From Thermoanaerobaculia bacterium (GTDB lineage: Bacteria; Acidobacteriota; Thermoanaerobaculia; UBA5066; Gp7-AA6), in NCBI GenBank assembly GCA_038224325.1, contig JBBRFL010000003.1:78140-142139 (forward strand): a DNA stretch of 64,000 nucleotides. The letters run 5' to 3'. Of the stretch, positions 46,394 through 55,288 are shown one piece after another (within the stretch, counting starts at the first letter, position 1; each line of letters starts with the position of its first letter). Below the pieces are notes generated by a model, which worked only from the letters and a program-made list of their open reading frames with translations, was not told the origin of the DNA and searched no databases. A program made the translations under genes and the position numbers.

Positions 46394-48009
46394 CGCCCGA
46401 GTCTCGCCCGCGGGAGCCGGCGAAGAATGGACCCCCGCGGGAGCCGGCGAGGAATGGACCGGGGACGAGCCGCTGGGCGTCGCCCGCTGCGGGCGCCGTG
46501 TCCGGGGTCCTGTTCGCGCTCGCTTTCCCGCCCATCGAGTGGGTGGTGCTCCTGCCGCTCGCCCTCGTGCCCTGGATCGTCGCGCTGCGGTCGGAGGAGA
46601 GCCGGGCGCGGGCCCTCCTGTCGGGGGTGTTCTTCGGCATGGCGTTCTGGTGCGCCTCGATTCCCTGGATCGTCTACGTCGTGACCCACTACGGGGGCCA
46701 GAGCGCAGGGCTCGGGGCCGCGAGCCTCGTCATCCTCGCGGGGATCCTGTCGGAGTGGCCGGCCCTCGTGGCGTGGGGAGTCGTCGCCGGCACAGCGCCG
46801 GGCTCCGCCCGCCGGGCGGCTCTCTTCCCGCTGCTCTGGATGGCCTCCGAGCACGCGCGCTCCTTCGTATACGGAGGGTTCCCCTGGAATCTGACGGGGC
46901 ACGCGCTCTACCGGCACCCCCTGTGGACCCAGTCCGCCTCGATCGCGGGCGTGTTCGGGCTCGCGGGACTCACGGCGGCGATCTCGGCGTGCCTCGCGCA
47001 GGCGATCGGGGCGCGCCGCCTCCGCCCGCTCCTGGGGGCGGCGCTTCTCGTGTTCGCGGCCGGCGCGTGGGGTGCGAGCCGCCTCGCTTCGACGCCGGGC
47101 GGGCAGGAGCTGCCGGTGACGCTGCTGCAGCCCAATCGGACCGAGGAGATGCGGTCCACCCCGGAGGGCGCGCGGGAGACCTATCGATCGGTCATCGCGC
47201 AGGCGCAGCGGGCGGCGGACGACCTGCCGGTCCTGATCGTGATCCCCGAGTCGGCGCTCCCGGCCTTCTGGGACCGCAGCCTCGCGATGCGCCAGGACCT
47301 CGCAACGATCGCCGGCCAGGGCCCGATGATCCTGTTCAACGACGTCCAGGAGGACGCCGACGGTCGCGCCTTCAACGTCGCGCGGCTCCTCACCCGCCGC
47401 GGCATCGCGGGCCTCTCGTACCGGAAGGTGCATCTCGTTCCCTTCGGAGAGTACGTGCCGCTCCCGCGAGTCTTCTTCTTCGTCCGCCAGATCTCCCGCG
47501 AGATCGGGGAATTCGCAGCGGCGCAGGAACCGGTGCTTCTCCGCGCCGACCCATTCGTGATCGGCGTCGGGATCTGCTACGAGATCATCTATCCCTCGCT
47601 CGCGCGGCTCGAGGTGGCCGGGGGCGCGAACCTCCTGGCGACGATCTCGAACGACTCGTGGTACGGGCGAGCGGGGGCGCAGGAGCAGCACTTCGCCGGG
47701 GCGGTTCTCCGCTCCGTCGAGAACGAGCGGTATCTGGTGCGCGCCGCGATCACGGGGATCTCGGGGATCGTCGACGAGCGCGGACGGATCCGAGCCGAGG
47801 CCGGACCGGATCGAAAGGCCACGCTCTCGGGGAGCGTGCGCCTGCAGTCGGGCCTCACCGCCTGGACACGCTGGGGTTTCTGGATCCCCCGCCTCGCGGA
47901 CGTCCTCGCCGCCGGCGTGCTACTCTTCGGCCTCGCCCGGCTCGCGCGCCCGCCGTCCCGGCGGGATACCGAAAGCCGAGAGCGGACAGCGGACAGAACC
48001 CTCACATGA
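46390..48009 (+). CDS. lnt: apolipoprotein N-acyltransferase
   Basis: The GTG start overlaps the lipA stop. The N-terminus is polytopic. The C-terminal CN-hydrolase domain carries the E-K-C triad context (LIVIPESALP…HLVPFGEYVP…VGICYEIIYP). Confidence 0.85.
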
Positions 48010-49131
48010 CCGAACGCGACGATCTGATCTCCTCCCTCGCGACCGCCTCGGAGCGCCTCGCGGCGCTTCGGGGCTATCTTTGATCTCGACGCCGCGCGGA
48101 GCGCGCTCTCGGATCTGAGGGAAAAGGCCGCGGCGCCGGACTTCTGGTCGCGTCCGGAAGAGGCGCAGGAAGTCCTCCGCGGGAGCCGCGGCTTCGAGAA
48201 GCGGCTGTCGACCGCGGAACGCATCGACGAGCTGCGCGGCGAGCTCGACACACTGGCCGAGCTGCTGCGCGAGGGCGAGCCCGCCGAGGGGGAGGCGCGG
48301 GAGGCCCTCAAGGCCTCGACCGTCTTCGCCGACGAGCTCGAGCTCGCGGTAAAGATGAACGCGCCCGAGGACGTCCGCAACGCGTGGCTTTCCATCCACG
48401 CGGGCGCCGGCGGGACCGAGTCGCAGGACTGGGCCCAGATGCTCCTACGCATGTACATGCGGTTCGCGGAGGCCCGCGGCTGGAAGGTGGAGCTGATCGA
48501 GCGCCAGGACGGCGAGGAGGCGGGACTGAAGAGCGCCACGCTCCACGTCGTGGCGGATCACGCGTACGGCTACCTGAAGCGGGAGATGGGCGTGCACCGC
48601 CTGGTCCGAATCTCGCCCTTCGACGCGGCAGAGCGTCGGCACACCTCCTTCGCGTCGGTCTTCGTGGCCCCCGAGATCGACGAGGACATCGCGATCGACG
48701 TGGCCGACAAGGACCTGCGCGTGGACACGTACCGTTCGAGCGGTGCGGGCGGCCAGCACGTGAACGTCACGGATTCGGCCGTGCGCATTACCCACCTGCC
48801 GACGGGAATCGTCGTGACCTGCCAGAACGAGCGCAGCCAGGGCCGCAACCGGGAGATGGCGATGCGCGTGCTTCGCGCGCGGCTTTACCAGCGCGCCCTG
48901 GACGAGCGCCGCGCCGAGGAAGACAAGCTCGTAGGGGAGAAGAAGTCGATCGAGTGGGGGAGCCAGATCCGGTCGTACGTGCTCCATCCCTACCGCATGG
49001 TCAAGGACCACCGGACTGGCTACGAGACCGGCGATACCGACCGCGTGCTGGACGGCGGGCTGGCGCCGTTCATCGAAGCCTCCCTCAAGGCCGCGGCGGA
49101 CGGAGGGCGTTCCCGCTCCGATGCCGAGTAG
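48006..49131 (+). CDS. prfB: peptide chain release factor 2, translated via programmed +1 ribosomal frameshift
   Basis: The 25-codon frame-0 leader ends …GGC TAT CTT TGA T (48078-48083). The +1 frame then continues as DLDAARS… into the RF2 body, which carries SPF and GGQ motifs (HRLVRISPFDAAERRHTSFASV; YRSSGAGGQHVN). The upstream internal SD-like GGGGC is as in E. coli prfB. The ATG overlaps the lnt stop. Confidence 0.85.
48072..48086 (+). other. prfB programmed +1 frameshift site (SD-like GGGG, then CUU UGA U)
   Basis: The sequence cggggctatctttgatc reads CTT then the in-frame TGA, a classic RF2 autoregulatory shifty stop. The downstream +1 frame is open for 1047 nt. Confidence 0.85.
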
Positions 49132-49705
49132 GGCGAGGCCCGAGGCTCCGGTCCCCTGGATCGACGAGTTGCGGACGCGTCTGGCCGGCCGCCGCTCGCC
49201 TCCGGCGGAGATGCCCGAGGGGTCCCGCCGGGCCGCCGTCCTCGTTCCGCTCTTCGTGCGCGACGGCGGGCTGTGGGTCCTCTTCACCCGGCGGACCGAC
49301 ACCCTCGAGCACCATGGGGGCCAGATCGCGTTCCCTGGGGGCGCGGAGGAGGAGTCCGACGACTCCCTTCTGGCGACCGCGTTGAGGGAGACGCGGGAGG
49401 AGATCGGCGTCGCCGAGGACGCGGTCGTGCCGCTCGGCGCGCTCTCGCCGCTCGTAACCGTAACCGACTTCTACGTGACGCCGTTCGTCGGGGCCATCCC
49501 GCACCCCTATCCGTTTCAGCCGGCGGAGTCCGAGATCGCCGAGCTCATCGAGGCGCCGATCGTCTCCCTTGCGGATCCCGCCATTCTCGAGGAGCGGCTG
49601 CTCCCCGGCCGGGAGGAGCCCACGCCCTTCTACCGCTTTGGCTCACACGTCATCTGGGGCGCGACGGCCCGCATGCTCCGCGAGCTCCTGGACGCCCTTC
49701 GGTGA
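49121..49705 (+). CDS. NUDIX hydrolase (CoA pyrophosphatase NudL-like)
   Basis: The Nudix box is present (GGQIAFPGGAEEESDDSLLATALRETREEIGV). Confidence 0.75.
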   Translation: MPSRARPEAPVPWIDELRTRLAGRRSPPAEMPEGSRRAAVLVPLFVRDGGLWVLFTRRTDTLEHHGGQIAFPGGAEEESDDSLLATALRETREEIGVAEDAVVPLGALSPLVTVTDFYVTPFVGAIPHPYPFQPAESEIAELIEAPIVSLADPAILEERLLPGREEPTPFYRFGSHVIWGATARMLRELLDALR

Positions 49706-50103
49706 CGGCGACCAGGCCATCTCTCCGGCCTCCACCCGGAGGGGCATCCGGTTCCGGGGTGGCGGCATCGGGCAGGTCGAGTACGGCGTGAAGACGCACC
49801 GCGGGTTGTAGGCGCGGTTGAAGTCGATGACAGTCTGGCCGTCCACGGGCGGGCGCACGTAGACGAAGCGTCCCCCGCCGTAGGTCTCGCTCCCGTTGGT
49901 GGCGTCGCCGAAGATGACCCAGTAGTCCCGCTCGCCCCTCTCGAGGATCGCGTCCAGCCGATGCTCCCGAGCCGGTTCTCGCCCTCTTCGAGCCAGCGGA
50001 GGCCAATGACCGATAGCCAGCCGTCGGCCGCGGTCAGTTTCGCGAGCCGGCGGCGCCGCCAGGTCTCGGTCTCCGCGACGAATGCGGAAGAGTTCGAACT
50101 CAC
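49643..50103 (-). pseudogene. DUF1684-family protein interrupted by an apparent -1/+2 frameshift
   Basis: The N-terminal half (AFVAETETWRRRRLAKLTAADGWLSVIGLRWLEEGENRLGS) is in one frame. The C-terminal half (DAILERGERDYWVIFGD…FNRAYNPRCVFTPYSTCPMPPPRNRMPLRVEAGE) is in another. The junction falls near 49960-49985. Confidence 0.5.
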
Positions 50104-50124
50104 CGCCGGCGCGCCCCCGCAGAC

Positions 50125-51750
50125 CTAGGAGGCAGCCTTCTCCAGCGCGGCGAGCTCGGAGACCCGCGCGAGGTTCGCCTTCGCGGCCTCGAAGCCGGCG
50201 TCCAGGGAGAGCGCCTTGCCGAACGCCTCCGCCGCCGGGCCGTAGTTGCCGCGCTGCGCCCGGATGACTCCGAGGTTGTTCCAGAGTGCGGGCGACTGCG
50301 TATTGCTTTCGATCGCGCGGGTCAGCGCCGCCTCGGCCTCGGGCAGCCGTCCGGACGCGGAGAGCACCGCGCCGAGCCCCGTCGCCGACTCTTCGCTCAA
50401 GGGATCGAGCGTCAGCGCGGTCGAAAAGGCGACGGCCGCCTCGTCCGGCCTCTTCTCCTCGGCGCGGACCTGGCCGAGGGTGGTCCAGGCGGTCGTCGCG
50501 TTGGGAAGGAGGCGCGCGGTCTCGCTCAACTCGCGGTCGGCCTCCTTCAGCATCCCCTTCTTGCGGAACGCCCGACCCAGGTTCTCGTGGTAGATGGCGC
50601 GGGACGGATCGAGGCGCACCGCCTCGATCAGCTCCTCGAGCGCCCGGTCGAGCTCCTCGGACCGGAAGAGAAACACTCCGAAGTCGTTGCGCGCCTCGGC
50701 GGAAGCGGGATCGATCTCGATCGACCGGCCGAAAGCGATCCGCGCCGCGCTTCGGTCGCCGAGCGCGCTCATCGAGCGCCCGAGCCCTCGCGCCGCGGCG
50801 ACGCCGCTCGGATTGAGCTCGAGGGCCCGGCGATAGTGGCTCGCCGCGGTGTTCCACTTCTTCTGCTGCTCGGCGACCCGGCCGAGGCCGAGCTCGGCTC
50901 GGGCGTTGCCCGACTCGAGGACCACGGCGGCCGTGAACTCCCGCTCCGCGTCCGCCTCCTGGCCCGCGAGCAGCGCGGCCTCTCCGGCCAGGCGATGGGC
51001 CTCGGCGCTCCTGGGATCGGCCTCCGAGGCCTGCCGCGCGTAGGAGGCGGCCACGCGAAAGTCTCCGGAGGCAAGGGCGCGCTCGGCCGAGTCGATCAGA
51101 GGCCCGAGAGCGGGAGCGCCTCCCCCCGCCGGGACGGAGCCCGCGTCGGTCGAACCGCCGATCGCGGTCGAGCTCACCAGGCCCTTCTCCAGATCGGAAG
51201 CCTTCCGACGCGCCGCGTCGGCGTCGGCGGCGTGGCCGAGTCGGTCGTGCGCGTCGGCGAGGATCCGGAACACCTCGGGATCGCTCGAGCTCGACGCGCG
51301 CTTGAGGTCGTACAGGGCGTCCTCGGCCTTCCCGTCGGCGAGCTTGGCCTTCGCGGACCGCTTCAGCTCCTCGAGATCGACCGGGGGAACCCGAGTCCCG
51401 GCCACCTCGGCGCGCACGGTGCTGGCGAGGTTGGCGAAGTCCGGGCTGTAGAAGTCGGGGATGACCTGGAGATCGGGGCGCGCCGTCAGCGCCGCCTTGA
51501 GTTGCTCGCGGGCGCTCTTGGAGTTCCCCGCGATGTAGTAGGCCCATCCGCTCTGAAGGTGCAGGTCGGCGGCGCGGTCGGCGGCGAGCCCCGGAGCCTC
51601 GGCGGCGCGCGCGTACTTGTCCCCGGCGTCCTTGAAGCGGCCCGAGTCGAACGCGCGCTTGGCCTCGGCTTCGGTCTTGTCGGAGTCCTGGGCCCCGGCC
51701 GAGCCGGTGCAGAGCAGGATCGTCAACAGCGCGGCGTGGATTCGTCTCAT
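50125..51750 (-). CDS. secreted tetratricopeptide-repeat (TPR) protein
   Basis: GGGAGGAAA lies upstream of the ATG at 51750. A signal peptide is present (MRRIHAALLTILLCTGSAGAQD). At least ten TPR-like Ala-rich helical repeats follow. Confidence 0.7.
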   Translation of the reverse strand: MRRIHAALLTILLCTGSAGAQDSDKTEAEAKRAFDSGRFKDAGDKYARAAEAPGLAADRAADLHLQSGWAYYIAGNSKSAREQLKAALTARPDLQVIPDFYSPDFANLASTVRAEVAGTRVPPVDLEELKRSAKAKLADGKAEDALYDLKRASSSSDPEVFRILADAHDRLGHAADADAARRKASDLEKGLVSSTAIGGSTDAGSVPAGGGAPALGPLIDSAERALASGDFRVAASYARQASEADPRSAEAHRLAGEAALLAGQEADAEREFTAAVVLESGNARAELGLGRVAEQQKKWNTAASHYRRALELNPSGVAAARGLGRSMSALGDRSAARIAFGRSIEIDPASAEARNDFGVFLFRSEELDRALEELIEAVRLDPSRAIYHENLGRAFRKKGMLKEADRELSETARLLPNATTAWTTLGQVRAEEKRPDEAAVAFSTALTLDPLSEESATGLGAVLSASGRLPEAEAALTRAIESNTQSPALWNNLGVIRAQRGNYGPAAEAFGKALSLDAGFEAAKANLARVSELAALEKAAS

Positions 51751-53609
51751 GGATTTCCTCCCGGAGCTGCCCCGGTCGGGGGCGGCGGACTCCACGTTTT
51801 CTCGGCGCCTCCCGTCAGCTGGATCTTCTCGGTCACGGGAGCGGTGCCTTCTCGCGAGAGCGTCAGGTTGTACGAGCCGGGGGGGAGCTTCACGGGCGAG
51901 GCGTCGGGCAGGTTCCCGCGGTACTTGCCGTCGACCAGAAGCCGCGCTCCCGCCCACTCCGGGGCGCGAACGACCAGCATCGAAACGGGGAATTGGTAGT
52001 GGACCCGGTTGTCCGATTTCGCGCTGACCTGGATCGTGCGTTCGTGCGGCGGATATCCACGAGCCTCGAACCGGACGGTGTGTTCTCCCTCCTCGAGCGG
52101 CAGCGTTCGGGCCGGAATCGAGGGGCCGATGGACTTTCCGTCCACCGACAGCGTGGCGACGGGGACCGAGGAGAACTGCACGCGATACTTCCGGGCGGCC
52201 GCCGGCTTCTCGGCTGACGCGACGGGAGGCGGCTCGACCGGAGGCGCCGCCTCGGCGACGGCCGCGGGTGCGGTGGGCAGCGGCACCGCGGTCGGAGCGG
52301 GGCCGGCGGAGGAGCCGGCCGCCGGCTCGCCATGGCCCATCCGGGGCTCAGGGAACTCGAGCGCCGGCGTCGGCAGGGACGCCACGGGCGCCGAGGGCGG
52401 CTTCGGCGCCTCGCGGGCGCCGCGGCGGGTGACCACGTACGCTCCGACGGCCGCCGCGACCGCAACGACGATCCCAGCCACCAGCATCATCCGACTCCTC
52501 GACGCGTCGGGTGCCGTCTCGGAAGTGCGGCGGGCGGCGGCAGCGGGCTCGTCGGGCATCGTGTCCGCCAGCGGGTCGCGGAAGTTCACCAGCTCGAGCG
52601 GCCGGGCGCCCGACATCGATGCGGACACCGGTGTCGCATCCGACGGTGCGGGCTGCCGGGCGAGGGCGCCGGACGGCGGAGTGATGTGGGCCGGCGCGAC
52701 ACCGCTCGCCGGAGTCGCGAGGGTCGTGTCGAGATCCTCCGCCTCCCGCGGACGAACCGTCTGCGCCACCTCGGACTGCGCGTAGAGCCCCGAGGCTCCG
52801 GTGAGCTCCCGGTACACCGAGTGCAGGTCCCGGCGGAAGGCTTCCATCGTGGGATACCGGTCCGCGGGGATCTTGGAGAGCGCGCGATTGATCACCGAGA
52901 CCAGGGCGGGAGGCACGTCCTGCACGAGGTTCTCGATGGGTTCCGGCGTGTCGTTGAGGATCTTGTAGAGGACCGTCGAGAGATGCTCGCCCCGAAACGG
53001 CTTTCGGTAGGTCAGGAACTCGTAGGACAAAACGCCGATGGCGAAGATATCCGTGCGCCGGTCGATGGGTTCGCCTCGGATCTGCTCGGGCGCGAGATAC
53101 GCCGAGGTACCGAGCGTGATCCCCGTCTGCGTCAGATTGGATTCGGACTCGAGGGACTTCGCGATGCCGAAGTCCATGACTTTCACGGCTCCGTCCTCGA
53201 GGACCCGGATGTTCGCGGGCTTGACATCGCGGTGGACAATGCTCGCGTTGTGCGCGTAGGCGAGACCGTCCGAGATCGCCATCAAGATCTCGACCTTCCG
53301 AGAGACGGGAATGGCATCGCCGCGCTTGATCTTCTTGTCGAGGTCCTCGCCTGTCAGGAACTCCTGGACGATGTAGGGAATCCCGTTCTCGACGCCGAAG
53401 TCGTAGATCGTCGTGATGTTGCGGTGGTGGAGATTCCCGGCCAGCTCCGCCTCCCGGAAGAAGCGGTGCTTGATCTCTTCGTCGTTGACCTGGCAGGTCT
53501 TGATCGCGACGAATCGCTTGATGAAGGGATCCCGGCCGCGATAAACGGCCCCGAAGCCGCCCACGCCGATCTGCTCGGAGACTTCGTATTTTCCGATTTT
53601 TTCGAGCAT
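51747..53609 (-). CDS. Hanks-type serine/threonine protein kinase with TM segment and extracellular PEGA-like domains
   Basis: The kinase subdomains are recognisable (GVGGFGAVYRG…AIK…HRDVKPANI…DFGIAK…TSAYLAPEQ). A TM segment follows (MMLVAGIVVAVAAAVGAYVV). Two C-terminal PEGA-like modules are present. The stop overlaps the TPR gene start (ATGA junction). Confidence 0.85.
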   Translation of the reverse strand: MLEKIGKYEVSEQIGVGGFGAVYRGRDPFIKRFVAIKTCQVNDEEIKHRFFREAELAGNLHHRNITTIYDFGVENGIPYIVQEFLTGEDLDKKIKRGDAIPVSRKVEILMAISDGLAYAHNASIVHRDVKPANIRVLEDGAVKVMDFGIAKSLESESNLTQTGITLGTSAYLAPEQIRGEPIDRRTDIFAIGVLSYEFLTYRKPFRGEHLSTVLYKILNDTPEPIENLVQDVPPALVSVINRALSKIPADRYPTMEAFRRDLHSVYRELTGASGLYAQSEVAQTVRPREAEDLDTTLATPASGVAPAHITPPSGALARQPAPSDATPVSASMSGARPLELVNFRDPLADTMPDEPAAAARRTSETAPDASRSRMMLVAGIVVAVAAAVGAYVVTRRGAREAPKPPSAPVASLPTPALEFPEPRMGHGEPAAGSSAGPAPTAVPLPTAPAAVAEAAPPVEPPPVASAEKPAAARKYRVQFSSVPVATLSVDGKSIGPSIPARTLPLEEGEHTVRFEARGYPPHERTIQVSAKSDNRVHYQFPVSMLVVRAPEWAGARLLVDGKYRGNLPDASPVKLPPGSYNLTLSREGTAPVTEKIQLTGGAEKTWSPPPPTGAAPGGNP

Positions 53610-53680
53610 CCGCCTGTCAACCCGCCTAAGTGTAAACGAACCGCGGTGCGACGGAAACCTTTGGGCGCGAGGCGGTTCCG

Positions 53681-54235
53681 GTGGATACACTGAGGGGCGT
53701 GACACGTGCGGCGGGCTGGGTGCTTCTCGCGGTCCTCCTCGGTCTCTCCGGGGCCGGCTGCCGGAGGACCGCGCCGCGCCGGCTCGACGCCGTGCGCGCG
53801 CTCAAGGCGAGCGTCCAGCTCCAGTTCCATCCCCCCGCCGACGGCCTGTTGACGGACGCGATGCTCGACTCGTATCTGAAGGTCCGTCGGCAGGCCCGGA
53901 GCCAGACGGAGGGGGAGGCCCTGCGCGCCACAGGGACGGACTCGGTCGCGTACGCCTGGACGCGCGCGCGCGTTCTGGAGGCGATGCTCGCGCTGGAGTC
54001 GGAGCGTGTGTCGGCCGCGGCGGGGGAGTCCTTCGCCCGCGCTGAGGCGGTCGCGCGCGAGGCCCGGCGGAGCGCGCGGGACCCGAAGGTCATCGCGCGG
54101 CTCGACTCCGAGATCACCGCGCTCGAGCGCGAGCGCGCGGGGCTGCGCAAGGGCGATGCCTTCGCCCCGGTGGTGCTCCGGAACGCGTCGCGGGTGGGGG
54201 CGCGCCGCGCCGAGATCGAGCAGGCCGGGCCGTGA
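53681..54235 (+). CDS. hypothetical lipoprotein
   Basis: A signal peptide with a lipobox is present (VLLAVLLGLSGAGC). The body is a helical, Ala/Arg-rich protein of ~180 aa. Confidence 0.5.
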   Translation: MDTLRGVTRAAGWVLLAVLLGLSGAGCRRTAPRRLDAVRALKASVQLQFHPPADGLLTDAMLDSYLKVRRQARSQTEGEALRATGTDSVAYAWTRARVLEAMLALESERVSAAAGESFARAEAVAREARRSARDPKVIARLDSEITALERERAGLRKGDAFAPVVLRNASRVGARRAEIEQAGP

Positions 54236-55278
54236 CCGCGATCGCCGACTTCCTGGAGGCGGAGATCGCCAGCGGTTCCTTTCCCGGAGCGGCCGCGCTC
54301 GTGGGATCGCCCGACGAAGTGCTGGAGCTGGAAACGGCGGGGTTCGCCGTGGTGGAGCCGGAGCGGCGGGAGGTCACTGCCGATACCCTCTTCGACCTCG
54401 CCAGCCTCACGAAGCCGTTGGGCCTCGGCGCCGTATGCGCCGCCGCCAGCTCCGCGCTGCCGCTCACCGCCTCCCCGGGCCGGTTCCTACCGGAGTGGAA
54501 GCAGACCCGATTCGAGGGCATCACCCTGGAGCACCTGGCCACGCACACGTCGGGCCTGCCCGCGTGGTATCCGCTCTACGTCCGGGGAGAGGGGGCGGCG
54601 GCTTATCGGCGCACGCTCCCCGAGATGGAGCCGGAGGCGGCGCCGGGCGAACGGGTGATCTACAGCGACCTGAACTTCCTCCTCCTGACGGAGATCGCGG
54701 AGGCCTCCCTGGCGAGCCCCCTCGATCGACTCTTCGGGGATCTGGTCGCGGCGCCCGCGGCGAGCGGGGCGCGATTCCTTCCGCCTCGCGGGGCGCCGAC
54801 GGCCGCCACGGAGCGCGGCGATCGCACCGAGCGGGTGATGACGCAAGCGCGCGGTCTGACGTATCCCCGGTTTCGGGACGGCGTCGTCTGGGGCGAGGTC
54901 CACGACGGCAACGCGTTCCGGCGGGGCGGAGTGGCGGGCAGCGCGGGCCTCTTTGGCACGGCGCGGGACGTCTGGAGCCTGGCCCGCCGGTGGCTCGAGC
55001 CGGGGTGGATCGATCGGACGTCCGACAAGACGCCGTCGCTGGGGGAGGCCCGCGGTCTCGCCTGGCAGGGGGCGCGAGGCGCCGGCTCCGCGATTCCCGG
55101 GATGTCGCCGCGATCCTTCGGGCACACGGGCTTCCCGGGCACGTCGGTGTGGGTGGATCCGGACGCCGCGAGGATCGCCGTCCTCTTGACCAATCGCATC
55201 CACCCCGAGGTGCGCGAGATCGCCTTCAACAAGGTCCGGCAGCGCTTTCACGCCGCCGTCTGGGACGCGGCGGGCTGA
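54232..55278 (+). CDS. beta-lactamase-fold serine hydrolase (class C / esterase family)
   Basis: The GTG start overlaps the upstream stop. The SxxK motif is SLTK. The Tyr motif is YSD. The KTG-equivalent is HTGF. Confidence 0.75.
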   Translation: MTAIADFLEAEIASGSFPGAAALVGSPDEVLELETAGFAVVEPERREVTADTLFDLASLTKPLGLGAVCAAASSALPLTASPGRFLPEWKQTRFEGITLEHLATHTSGLPAWYPLYVRGEGAAAYRRTLPEMEPEAAPGERVIYSDLNFLLLTEIAEASLASPLDRLFGDLVAAPAASGARFLPPRGAPTAATERGDRTERVMTQARGLTYPRFRDGVVWGEVHDGNAFRRGGVAGSAGLFGTARDVWSLARRWLEPGWIDRTSDKTPSLGEARGLAWQGARGAGSAIPGMSPRSFGHTGFPGTSVWVDPDAARIAVLLTNRIHPEVREIAFNKVRQRFHAAVWDAAG

Positions 55279-55288
55279 GATAAACTGC

